This document shows positions 1 through 44,204 of a stretch of DNA of 64,000 nt, one piece after another. The position numbers were made by a program, and so were the translations under genes. Source of the stretch: the human T2T-CHM13v2.0 reference genome, Homo sapiens; the NCBI RefSeq assembly GCF_009914755.1, contig NC_060925.1; one strand, 5' to 3'. Under the pieces are notes generated by a model. The model did not search any database and was not told where the DNA came from. It was given only the letters and a program-made list of their open reading frames with translations. How positions within the stretch are numbered: position 1 is the first letter of the stretch; the number at the start of each line of letters is the position of its first letter.

Positions 1-19
1 GAGAAGCATGTCCAGGATT

Positions 20-190
20 TGGACCAGACTGCCTGGTCCCAGTTCTGCACTGGGCCTGTTACTTACGGCCTAGTTTTAGGAAAGTCAGCCTCATCTGCAA
101 AGCAGGGAAATAATTTCCAACCCATGAGGTTGTTGTATGGACCCAGTTGAGAATGTATGAAAACATGCAACAACTATAAAGATTGTTAAA
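20..190 (+). mobile_element. MIR SINE fragment
   Basis: cctcatctgcaaagcagggaaataat...gaggttgttgta, MIR core-like. Confidence 0.55.
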
Positions 191-227
191 ATGTAAGTTA
201 TTCACTGTGTGAGCATTATTCTGCTAA

Positions 228-244
228 ATGTATGCATGTATGTA

Positions 245-288
<44 letters not shown>

Positions 289-304
289 CACACATATATA
301 TGTA
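228..304. repeat. Compound (TG)n(TA)n microsatellite
   Basis: 77 bp of uninterrupted purine-pyrimidine alternation. Confidence 0.95.
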
Positions 305-305
305 A

Positions 306-598
<293 letters not shown>

Positions 599-649
599 CT
601 GCTTTATATTTTTATTTCCATAGCTCCTACCGTGTTCTAACAAACTATA

Positions 650-810
650 ACTTTGTCTTTGGTTTATTGACTGTCTCCCTCCACTAGAATGTCAGCTCCA
701 TAAGGGTAGGGATTTTTGTCTGTTTTATTCACTTCTGCATCCCTGGTGTCTAGAATAGTTCCTGGTATATAGTAGATGTTCAATAAATATTTGTTGAATG
801 AATGAATTCT
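650..810 (+). mobile_element. L2 3' end
   Basis: tagaatgtcagctcc...caataaatatttgttgaatgaatgaa. Confidence 0.75.
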
Positions 811-928
811 CTGTGTATAAGGCAGTTCTGTAAAGCCCCTAAATCTTCCTTCTCCAAGAAGCCCTCCTTCAAATGTATGTAACCTTATTTAGTTATTGCA
901 CATCCCCATTTTACAGATGATGAAACTA

Positions 929-4160
<3,232 letters not shown>

Positions 4161-5039
4161 TCAGGCCCCTCTGGGAACCACAGAAATCTGGGACCTAGTG
4201 TCTTGGCAACGTAATGAATGCATGCACAGCTCTGGTATCTGTTTTAAATTATCCATTAAAATAAGTACAGTTCTGGGGGAAAAAAATAAGTTGACTGGGT
4301 GCGGTAAGCAGTAGAAAGGGACTGAAGGGGGAAGGAACCCAGGCAGTGCTTGGGTCCAAAGGAAGGGGACAGGAGATGGAAGGGGCAGTGCCTGGCTCCT
4401 ATTCTTGGCTTTCTTTAGGGGACTTCTTTAGGGGACTGTGGCTTGTTGCTTGGGTCTAAAAACGAATGCTTGGCTTTGAAGAGAGATAGATTGGGGCAAA
4501 AGAAAGAAAAAAAGGGACCCCCCAAACTCCTTGATCCCTGGCCCCAAACTGGGGGCATAAAGGAACTCAGGTTCCAGAACTTTGCTCCCCCCAGGGAACC
4601 CAGGCATTCCTTCTCCACCCCACTCCTGGCACACTGAGATGCAGCTCTGAATGGGCTGCCCACGTGTGGAGGGGGGTTGGGGTGACTCACTATTACTACT
4701 GGGAGGACAGGGGGAGCCAGTGGTGGAAGAAGGGTGAGTCACACTGATGGGCACCAGCCTCAGCCCTCCCCCCACTTTCCTGGCTCCCAGCCCTGCCTAC
4801 CTGACCCTCTCCCTTGCTTTGCGCCCACTTCCCTCTCTTTCTCCCCGACCCTTTTGCCCACCCACTCTCCCTCCTTGGCTCTGCCCTCTAGCCCAGAAGG
4901 TCTGAGGCAATGGGGGCAAGCTTGGAGCCGACAGTGCTGAGCAGGCAGGAGCCAAGAGAGGGGAAGCTTGAGCCTCACGCAGTTAGGGGTGCGCTGGAGA
5001 GGGTGGGGCCCGACTCCGCCACACCCCAACGGTCCTTCC

Positions 5040-29554
<24,515 letters not shown>

Positions 29555-29846
29555 TCTGGGACCTGCCAGGCAGGGGTGGGGGTGGAGGCTTCCTGCGTCC
29601 TCCTCACCTCATGCCCACCCCCTGCCCTGCACGTCATGGGAGGGGGCTTGAAGCCAAAGAAAAATAACCCTTTGGTTTTTTTCTTCTGTATTTTTTTTTC
29701 TAAGAGAAGTTATTTTCTACAGTGGTTTTATACTGAAGGAAAAACACAAGCAAAAAAAAAAAAAAAGCATCTATCTCATCTATCTCAATCCTAATTTCTC
29801 CTCCCTTCCTTTTCCCTGCTTCCAGGAAACTCCACATCTGCCTTAA

Positions 29847-29855
29847 AACCAAAGA
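29847..29855 (+). promoter_or_regulatory. miR-9-5p target site in the prelamin A 3'UTR
   Basis: AACCAAAGA is the reverse complement of miR-9 nt 1-9 (UCUUUGGUU). miR-9 repression of prelamin A in neurons is established. Confidence 0.85.
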
Positions 29856-30218
29856 GGGCTTCCTCTAGAAGCCAAGGGAAAGGGGTGCTTTTATAGAGGC
29901 TAGCTTCTGCTTTTCTGCCCTGGCTGCTGCCCCCACCCCGGGGACCCTGTGACATGGTGCCTGAGAGGCAGGCATAGAGGCTTCTCCGCCAGCCTCCTCT
30001 GGACGGCAGGCTCACTGCCAGGCCAGCCTCCGAGAGGGAGAGAGAGAGAGAGAGGACAGCTTGAGCCGGGCCCCTGGGCTTGGCCTGCTGTGATTCCACT
30101 ACACCTGGCTGAGGTTCCTCTGCCTGCCCCGCCCCCAGTCCCCACCCCTGCCCCCAGCCCCGGGGTGAGTCCATTCTCCCAGGTACCAGCTGCACTTGCT
30201 TTTCTGTATTTTATTTAG

Positions 30219-30288
30219 ACAAGAGATGGGAATGAGGTGGGAGGTGGAAGAAGGGAGAAGAAAGGTGAGTTTGAGCTGCCTTCCCTAG
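30219..30288 (+). CDS. LMNA: Alternative LMNA terminal coding segment (I)QEMGMRWEVEEGRRKVSLSCLP*
   Basis: Acceptor cttgcttttctgtattttatttag|A; in frame when joined to the AT|gtaatc donor at 29550/29551. Confidence 0.6.
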
Positions 30289-30511
30289 CTTTAGACCCTG
30301 GGTGGGCTCTGTGCAGTCACTGGAGGTTGAAGCCAAGTGGGGTGCTGGGAGGAGGGAGAGGGAGGTCACTGGAAAGGGGAGAGCCTGCTGGCACCCACCG
30401 TGGAGGAGGAAGGCAAGAGGGGGTGGAGGGGTGTGGCAGTGGTTTTGGCAAACGCTAAAGAGCCCTTGCCTCCCCATTTCCCATCTGCACCCCTTCTCTC
30501 CTCCCCAAATC

Positions 30512-30517
30512 AATACA
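30512..30517 (+). terminator. LMNA: Lamin A polyadenylation signal (variant AATACA)
   Basis: No AATAAA or ATTAAA seen in the 3'UTR; AATACA is followed by a GT-rich downstream element (30540-30575). Confidence 0.7.
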
Positions 30518-30595
30518 CTAGTTGTTTCTACCCCTGGCTGCTGTGGTGTCTTTGTTGGTGGACGTCGCTGTGTGTACTGAGGTGCAGACTCGTGG

Positions 30596-30606
30596 GCATG
30601 CGCGCG

Positions 30607-30652
<46 letters not shown>
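30596..30652. repeat. (CG)4 plus (CA)21 microsatellite
   Basis: gcatgcgcgcgcgta followed by (ca)21. Confidence 0.95.
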
Positions 30653-30653
<1 letters not shown>

Positions 30654-32168
30654 CGCCGCACGGTCACTGCATCCTCCTGCTCATTGCTGCCCAGCCCTGC
30701 CCTGCTCCAGGGGAAACAATTAGAGATCAGAGCACTTTGGGTGCACATCTGGGCACTCGGTGGTGGCTGAGGGGGAAGGCTTTGATATAACCATCACCAC
30801 CCACTGTACGGCTCTCTCCCAACGGAAGTCCTTCAGAGAAGCAGCACCTGAAGGAGGGCATTTGCTAACTAACTTCCCTCGTCCACCAGCACTTACTGAG
30901 TGCTTTCTCTGTGCTGGGCCCTGAGCGAAGCATGAATATAAGACATATGATATAGACCCAGTCTGAGGGTGGTGACATATCAGGACGTAAGGACAAGGAC
31001 ACCCGGGGAGGAGGGAACAGAAGCTGCAGGAGAGGGCAGAGGAAAGGAGCAGTTAATGTCCCTTTGTGCCATGTTGTGCTCAGGTTGGGGGATTGGGAAA
31101 TGAACAAGACAAGATGCCCACTGTCCTCAGAGAAATTACACCCCAGTGGGAGTCAGAAAATAGACTGCAGACAAAGGGATATGTTAGGCCAAGTAGGAGC
31201 CTCCGAGGGGGTTCCAACCTGGGGGCATGAGGTGCCCAGACTGAGGGGAGGGGCCCCAAACAGGGAAAATGAGCTATAGAAGCCAGCCTTTCTCTGGCCC
31301 TTCCTAGTTTCCAAAGCATTTCTGCAGCATCTCATTTGGCCTTCGTACTGTCTTGAGAGGTAGGTATTGTCTCCCAGCCCTCTGGAACTCAGGCCACTCA
31401 GCTCGAAGGTGGCACAGATCCCAAGATTCTGGAAGTTTATTTATGTTCCTTGGGCAGAGTTGAGCCTGCAGTCAAGAGTCAGTGAGAAACGGGCATGTCT
31501 GGCTGGGATCGTGGGAAAACATGTGAGAAAGCAAAATTACTGAGAGGAGAAGGGCCCCTGAGGTCATGCTGGACGCTCCTGATTCCACCATAGGCTGAGA
31601 CCCCACAGTGCCTTTAGGGAAGGGAAGTTAAGCGGAAGGAGGTTTGAGGAAGGGGTCCCTGCTTGGGTTGGCAGTTTCCAAGAAGGAAACCCTTCCTCTC
31701 CTAGGCCTCAGCAAAGACCCTGAGGCCCCGCAGATATGGGGTCTTAGATGTCAGCGAGGGAGTCCGTGTGTCCCAAAATGAGGACTCCCACCTGCAGTTC
31801 CTGGGTCGGGCACCTTGGGGCGCCAGAGCCCCACCACGGTGGTGCCTGCACATCCTGGGTAGGGGTCCTTCGCTACTCAGCTGAACCCTGGTGAGCTGGC
31901 TGCATGGGCACTGTGGGCTGGGGAACACCAGGGGCAGCAGGCGACGTTCCTAGCTCTTGAGGAGGAGGGCTGAGGGCATAGGGCCGCACACAAACACTGC
32001 CCCACAAGCTGGCAGCACGGCGGGGGCGGCAGCCGGGGACTCAGCAGTTAAGGTGTCCACACACGTGGTCACCTCACATGATGCTCACAGCACAAGTCAG
32101 CACTCAGCAGCCACATTTCATTATGTAAAAAAAAAAAAGTTGTTGTTGTTAAAATGTAATACATGCTT

Positions 32169-34100
<1,932 letters not shown>

Positions 34101-34299
34101 TCGACTCTACTAAAAATCTTTCAATTTGTAACCACATGCACACAAACTTTTGTCCCTAGCCCAGTCGTCTCCATTCTCCAGAGGACGATTTCACACCTTT
34201 GCCTCTCTCTTTACTCTCAGCTGCTTTACACCAAGGAGACTGTTCCCTGCTTTACACCAAGGAGACTGCCCTTTGTCAAGGCCCCCAGCACCCTGCACA

Positions 34300-36330
<2,031 letters not shown>

Positions 36331-39228
36331 CATAGACTCAGAAATTGAATCGCTCAATGTGAGAACTTTTTTTTTTTGAGACAAGGTCTCACCATGTTGT
36401 CCAGGCTGGAGTACAGTGGCTATTCACAGGCTTGATCATAGCATCATAGCTCACAGCAGCCTTGGGTTCCTGGCAGCTTCCCAAGTAGCTGGGACCGCAG
36501 GCACGCGCCGCCATCCTGCCCAGCTATGTGAGCACTTTTGCAGAACCTGAGACCTATTGCCAAGTATCATCCCAAAGAGTGGAACTAATTTTCACTTTAA
36601 CCACTAGTGGGCAGGTTATTACCATTCTCATTTTAATGAAGGCGGCTGAGACCCAGCGAGAGAAGAGGTTTACCCCAAGTCACCCAGGACTCCAGATTCT
36701 CAGAAAATACAGTGGCAACTCAGAATACTGTGGGAGGACCAGGGGGGCTTTGCAGAGGAAAGGGTTGTTTTGGCATGAAAGGACAAGAAGGGTTTCATCA
36801 AGTGGAAATGAGAACTACTATCCCGGAAGAGTACATCTTCCAGGTGGGAGATACCGTAGGAACAGAAACTCAGAGAAAGGCGGAGTCCAGGCTGCCTGGG
36901 GAAAAGCCCTCCCTCACTAAAGGGTCGGGAGGGGCCTACAGTACCCTGCGGGGAGTTTGAAATTAATTGCATGGGCTCTGGGAAGCCAGGGAGGGTTGTG
37001 AGTAGAGGGGTGATATGAGAATTGAGGCTTTCTGCTATTTGTCTGTCTGCTATCTTCTGTCTCCATTTTCTTTGTCCTTCTCTTCTGCCATGGGTTTCTC
37101 TCAGCTGCCCCAGCCCCTCCTGGAGTAACTAAGATTTTCCTTTTCTACGTCACAATCCTGACAGCCCATCAGGAAGCAGAGGGAGCGGGTGAGCCAAGGT
37201 CCTCCTCAGAGCCTCGGTGCCCCCTTTGCGCTGTGCCCAGAGGGGCAGAGAAAACAAGAATTGGAGAGGCAACTGGAAAGGAAGGTGCCTCCTACGCCCC
37301 CTGACTGACTCTGGGGTGCTGGCCTCCCCCTGCCTTCTGGGGCCAGGCCTCAGGCCCTTCCACTTCTTGGGCTGATTCTCCGTGCCTAGTACCAGTTGGT
37401 GCCAGCTGGCAGCTCTCACTGGAGACTGAGGTGGCACGCATATGGGGGAGGGGAGGAAGTGGGCAGGAGCCCAAGGGGAACAGGGGGCAGGGTCTGAGGA
37501 GGTGGAGTTGGAAGCTGCGTGGCCAGCATGGGGGTCTCATGGGATGAGGGAAAAGTGAGGCAGAGGACCCTGGGGGCTTCCAGGGGAGTAGGGGAGGTGT
37601 CAGGTGGTCCTAGCTCTGGCTTTCCTGCCCCTGGCAAGTCCAGTCCTCTCCCCACCACCTACTTTCCTCTACACTCACCCCCTTAAGCTGCCCCTGGCTA
37701 ATTCTCCTTGGTCCCTTTAAGAGCTGCCTGGGAACTGGGGCACTGGAGGGGGCTGGCAGGGCCCCCACCCCCTCCCTGCCATGCCTGGCCCTGCTCCACC
37801 CCCTGTCCGGTGCAGACTCTGCTGGAAGTCTTGGACGCCTGGGTTAGGGTCTCCACTTCTGGGCTGGGGGTAAGGCTTAAAAGTGGTGGGGAAGGGGGAC
37901 TGTGGTCCCTGGGGTGGGAGGGAGGGGCGGGATGCCAGAACTCTGGGACTATGGACATGGAGTGTCTGTGTGTCAACTCCAGTGAACAATGCAGGGGGTG
38001 GTCCTCTGGCCTCTACTGGGGGAGGGGCAGCCTCAGGGATCTTGAGGGGCATATCCTAAGGAGCAGGATGCCTGGGTCTCCTCCCTCCACTCCCCCATCT
38101 CATTTCCCCAAGACCTTCATTTTCTAAATTCCATCAGCCACTCCTTGCCCCCTGCAATCAAAGACACAGGGTCCCAACATCCCCACTCCCCACAGGTGGG
38201 GAAATTGAGGCTAGACAAACCAGAGGAAATATAATTATGTATGCTGCAGCAGGAGAAATGGAGATTAGCTTGTGGAAAGGCTCTCTCTCCCTCTCCACCC
38301 CACAGAACTGCAAACAGGAGGTCTGGGTGTCCAGCTCACTCCAGCGAGTTTCTAACTGTGGCTATGGCCACCACCCTGGACTATGTCCCTACTCTCTCAT
38401 CAAGACTATTTAGCTCTTTTCTGGAAGTTTTGATTCTCATATGGCAAGGCCAGGGGAGGCCCCCAAAGTCCGGCTGGGTGACCTGGATTGAAGTGGAGCC
38501 AGGTAGGATCTATAGGCTCCCCCATTCCCTTGGGTTATTTCAGAAAGGTAGCTCCTTCCTTCTCTGCCACAGAGACTGGATCCAATTCCCCTAAAAGGGA
38601 AGAAAATAGGGGCAGGGACACAAGGATGTCCAATGGGGGTGTGAGGGCTTCCTGCAGTTCACCTGCTTCCTTCCTGTTATCATACTAGTTCAGGGTCCTC
38701 TACTCCCCACCATCTTAATTTCAAATCATGTGTCCCAGTCCCAGGGGAGAGAAGCCTGAACAGGCAGGTCCTTTCTGAGTCCCCACAGCCGAGATGCAGA
38801 GAGGCAGTGAGGGTGGAGTGTCAGGAATCAGTGGGGACATGGCGGCCCCGTTCAGGGTCCACTTCCGATTTCAGCACATGCCATGCCCTCCTTGCTTCAC
38901 CACAAAGCAAATGCTCAACCACCACCCCAGCTCAGATATGAAGGGGAAGCAGTCTTGGTCCATGAAACCCTCTACCCAGGGCCGACACCAGCACACTCAT
39001 TTCCTTCCTCTTAAAAATACTATGAAGTCTGGCGGAGCCATGCTGCTCCCAGGCAGGTTAAAAAGCCATTATTTTATGGATGTGAGGCAGGGAGGGTAAA
39101 TGCTCTGCCCAGCATCACACAGCAGGCTACAGGCAACCAAGCCTGGGATCTAGGGCCCTTCGCCCCAGACTCATGGTGCCTTTTCTAGTCCCCTGCCAGC
39201 TGACAGAGAGGCCAGCCTGGAAGGGGCT

Positions 39229-39540
<312 letters not shown>

Positions 39541-39989
39541 GGAAGGGGCTTTTTCAACTCCTCATTTTGCCAACAAAGTTAGGGCCCAGTAGAGACATAA
39601 GGGAGCTCTAGTAACAAGGCTGTTTAGGATCAGGGCTGGGAGAGGGCACAGGCTTGGCTCTCAAAAAGGCTCCATACAAACCGCTGCCTGCCTGTGCTCC
39701 TCCCCGAATGGGAAAGAATCCGGCTGTCTTCTTTCCCTATGTCCATCTAGTCTAGACCCTTGGAAAGTCCTGTCTGAAGTCTGCTCTCTACAGCACAAAC
39801 CTTCCCCTTTTAATACATCTCAGAGGGTGTTAGCCACAGAAGGCTTCTGGGGGAGCCACCTTCTTCTCAGGCAGCTTAGGAAGGAGAGGCAGAACCTGAA
39901 CCTGGCAGTGGACCCCCTCCCTCAGAAGTCAGGATACTGTAAATAGAAGAGGGCTCCTTGGGGTTCTTAACAGAGTCTGTCCCTTGGCT

Positions 39990-40532
39990 TATTTGCATAG
40001 TTGCATAGATATTTGTGGGCTCATTCGTGTCCTCATTGGCAAACTGAATTTGCATGGGGTTGGGCTGCGGTCCAGCTGTGTCGCCCCGGCATATACACAG
40101 TTCCCGGGGTAGAGGGAAACCCAGAGGAACTGGTTGTAAAGAGGAATGGGCCCCAGCTGACCCCCTGAACCCAGGTGGTGACATGTGCACGGTGGTGCCT
40201 GCTGAAGGTGGGCAAGGGAGCTGAGCAGGGACCGGGGGCTACTGTACCTCCTTTTCACCTCCTCCCGCATCTGGAGCCCCTCCTCCTCCACATGTGCGAA
40301 TCCAGGAGCCACAGAAGGTGGGGCGCAGTGGGACATGGGTAGGAGGAGGAAGAATATGGGGAGATTCTAGTCCCTCCCACTTAGAGATGCGGTCGCCATG
40401 GTGACTGAGGACCAGTGAGGCGGGATGGGGTTGAGAATGGGGGTGGGGGTGTGGCAGGGGCTGAGGCACTGAGAGACCGGAAAGCCTGGCATTCCAGAGG
40501 GAGGGAAACGCAGCGGCATCCCCAGGCTCCAG
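39990..40532 (+). promoter_or_regulatory. SEMA4A: Candidate distal SEMA4A promoter and non-coding first exon (ends at donor 40532)
   Basis: Octamers at 39991 and 40048, GAGGAA ETS cores, X-box 40392-40405, strong donor CAG|gtaagg; start approximate. Confidence 0.6.
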
Positions 40533-41575
40533 GTAAGGGAGCGGGGGAGCTGACAGTTCTGAAGGGAGGGGGCGGGGCCATTGTCTGGTGCTGGCTCTGC
40601 CCTAAAGAGGGGGCTGACAGAGGGGTCGGGCTATTGTGTGTGATACTCAGCGCAGCCTTCCAGAGCTAGTCAGACTGGAGGAGGGGACCTGGGAAGCTCT
40701 GGGTAAGGGGTTAGGAGGGACTGAGCTGGTGGGTGGCAAAAAGGCTGGGAGACAGTGGGGATGGGAAGAGGTGGAGGGACACAGGGGGCGTAGAGGCTTG
40801 GGGACGTCCCTAGTGCCTATACACGCTAGGCACTCAATACATATAAGTTGACTTGACTTGCCTGTGACCATAACAAGAGGGCAGATGAGGGCCAGGGCAG
40901 GTGGAGCTAAGGCAGGGAAGTCAGGAGGCAATGTTCCCCAGAACTGGACTCTTCTGTGGGCTGCCCCTGAAGCTGAAAGGGAGGAGGTGGGGGAAACTGG
41001 ACCTGCCAGATCACTCGTGAAGCCAGGAGTTGCTTCTCTCCTGGCTCCAGGAGCTGCTCCTTTAGTGCAGCATCCGTGTTCTGCAGGGGCTCAGAAGAGA
41101 CTGAGCGTCTGGGGCTGGTTGAAGCTCAGAGGTAGGATAGAGTCGGGGCGGGAAGCAACCTCTCCATCTCCCCTCCCACCTCCACATCTAGACCTTTCCT
41201 CTGCACAATAGAACCTGGCAGGAAGGGGCTACATCGCATGCTGTGTAAGGGTTGCAGGGGAGGAGCTGGACTCTGGCAGGGCAGAGGGTGCACTCAGTGT
41301 TGTTGTCATGGCAGGACCCAGGGCTGGGCTCCAGGGCTTGTGGAGAAATGGGCTGGGGGAAACCCCAGATTGGAGCTGTGAAAATGACACGGCCCCTGTG
41401 GGCAGGTCCCTGAACATCTGACCCCTTCCCACTGCCACCCCACCTGACCTGCTGCCTGACACCATTCCCAGCCAAGGTACTTCTGCTCCTTGGCCTTGGT
41501 TTCCTCATTTGTACGGTTGTCAGGAAGGGTATGTCTGAGTACCCTGTCAGCCCTGAGCTTCTTTGATGCTGTGTG

Positions 41576-41751
41576 CAGGACCTGCTATATTATTTGTGGG
41601 GCCCAGTGCAAAATAAAAATGTAGAGCCCCTTGTTTAAGTATTATGAGGACTTTCAACAGAGCAACAGCAGAGCATTAAACCAAGTGTGGCCCTTCTGAG
41701 CACAGGGCCCTGTGTGGCTGCACAGGTCTCGTGCCCATGAAGCCAGCACTG
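41576..41751. mobile_element. MER45-like hAT DNA transposon relic
   Basis: atttgtggggcccagtgcaaaataaaaatg...ctgcacaggtctcgtgcccatgaagccagcactg with degenerate terminal inverted repeats. Confidence 0.7.
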
Positions 41752-41989
41752 GCTGGGGCCCTGCCAGCTGAAGCAGGGGAGATGGCAGTGGGGCTTGGGG
41801 TCTGACCCCAGAGACTGGTGTGAGGGGTGCACTGCTGGGGGCAGGGTGCCCTTCCTATTGCTGTTTTTGACCAGGAGGCCCTTGCAGAGGCAGGGGGTGG
41901 TACCTCACAGCCTTCCTTCAAGAAGGTTTCTGTTCCCTCTGAAACGCTTTATTGACACAAATAAGCTTGCCCATAAGGGCCACGCTTGG

Positions 41990-42429
<440 letters not shown>

Positions 42430-43899
42430 CTATCCAAGTGGCTCAGAACTGTGGACTGGGGCAGGAGGGAGGACTGAGGGACTAGGACTCTGTAGAGTCT
42501 TTGTAGCTAAGAGATTTGCTATTGAATGAGGCAGATCTGAATTTAACTTGGCTTCTAGCTGTGTAACCTCCCTTCTTGATCTGTAAAATGGGATTATGGC
42601 AGTACCTAGCTGCTAAAATTGTTGGGAGGGCTAAAGCCTGATAGTGTGAACTATTCATATTGGCTAGAGGGGCTGGGGAAGAGGACGTCCGGAGTTGGGA
42701 GAATTCTGGATGTCTGGAGGAAGAACTGGGGGCAGGGCATGGAGTCTATGACTTCCAGAAAGGTGGGAATAGGACATCAGGCTGGGAGTGTAGGGCTGGA
42801 ACTCCCCCAGCCTCCCCGTATCAGAACTCTTCCCAGTGACCCAAATGAGCCAATCTGTTTAAGCAGAGAGGCCCAGGGGCAGACTGGCTTCCCAAATCTG
42901 AGCTGGGGGTTGGGGAGACACAGAAGGTAGGGTCTGGATAAATGGGAGTTTCTCTTGATTCTAAGAAACTGGAAGGGACCTGGCAACCAGCCTCTGGGAG
43001 AGTCTGGGGGAGTCCTAGGCAAGTCTTGACAGAAACGATTGTCAGGCAGGATATGTCTGAGACCAACCCCCGGGGAAACTGAGAGAGATGAAAGAAGGCT
43101 GAGTACCTCAGATGAGGAATTATAAGGAGTAGCCTGAGCTGTAACATCCCCCATGTTGGCTGGTGCTGTAGCAGGAGGGATGGAAGTTACACTACAGGAA
43201 GGACTTCCTGCCAGGGAGGAATGTGCATGTCAGATGGAAGTGGATTATTTATTAGAGTTGGATTAGCCCTGGGATGTCTGTGCTCTTTAACCTGCAGTCA
43301 GCTGACCATGTCGAGTGGGCAGGAACCTACCCACTTTGTAGGCCACAGAGTTCTTGGCGCTGGATGCCTCATTAACCCCGCGTTATGAGGCTCCCCCTGG
43401 AGCCTTTAGGGAGGGGTGAGCAGCCACCTTTGGGGGTTGGGTGCCTCCAAAGTGTGGTCCAGTGAGCACGAGTTCAGATGGGAAATGTTCTGGGCTTTCT
43501 ACTGGCCTGATTTCTGGGCTTCCTATTGGCCTGATGTCAAAGAGTGATGGAGATTAGACTGCAAGGGGGACTTCCTCAGCAAAATCATGGATAAGAGCCT
43601 AATACAATTATTTTATTTTATTTTTTTAAAGACTGTGGCCCAGCTGAGAGTGGGAGGTTTAAAGGTTAGACCACTGCAGGGACTTCCCAGTAGGTAGGAG
43701 TAGAGAGACCCCACCTTGTGGGTAAGTGAAAAGAAGAATATGTCATGTCCCCTATCTGGGAAATCTTAAGCAAGAGAAGAAACCACTGCTAGGCTGGTTA
43801 TACTGGCTGTGACATGATGGAGAGGCAGGGGAATCGCTGAAATGACCTAGAAGGGCCTCTTAAACTTTCTGGTTGGACGGAGCAGAGGAGGGAGAGAGA

Positions 43900-44204
43900 G
43901 GTGTGTCTCTTGTGAGGTGGGTGAACGTCTTTTTATTCCCTCCCAATCCACCAACTTCCGCCCAAGCCAGGATCTGTCACAACTCGAGAGGTGGAAATTC
44001 CGGTTTCCCTGGCCTAGAGCTCCCAGTGCTGGCTTTGGCATGATGGGCACCTGGAGGGCCGCACTCCCGTTCCAGCCAGGCTGAGCCTTCTGTCCCCTGC
44101 CTCTGGGGCCTGGGAACCCCCCTTCTTCTTTCTCCTGAATGGCACCCCCGCCCTAGAATCCAGACACCGAGTTTCCCACTGTGGCTGGTTCAAGGGTATG
44201 TGAG
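43900..44204 (+). promoter_or_regulatory. SEMA4A: Candidate proximal SEMA4A promoter and non-coding first exon
   Basis: Local CpG rise, CCGCCC boxes, Rel-type site 43993-44002, tandem donors AGG|gtatgt (44195) and GAG|gtgaga (44204). Confidence 0.6.
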
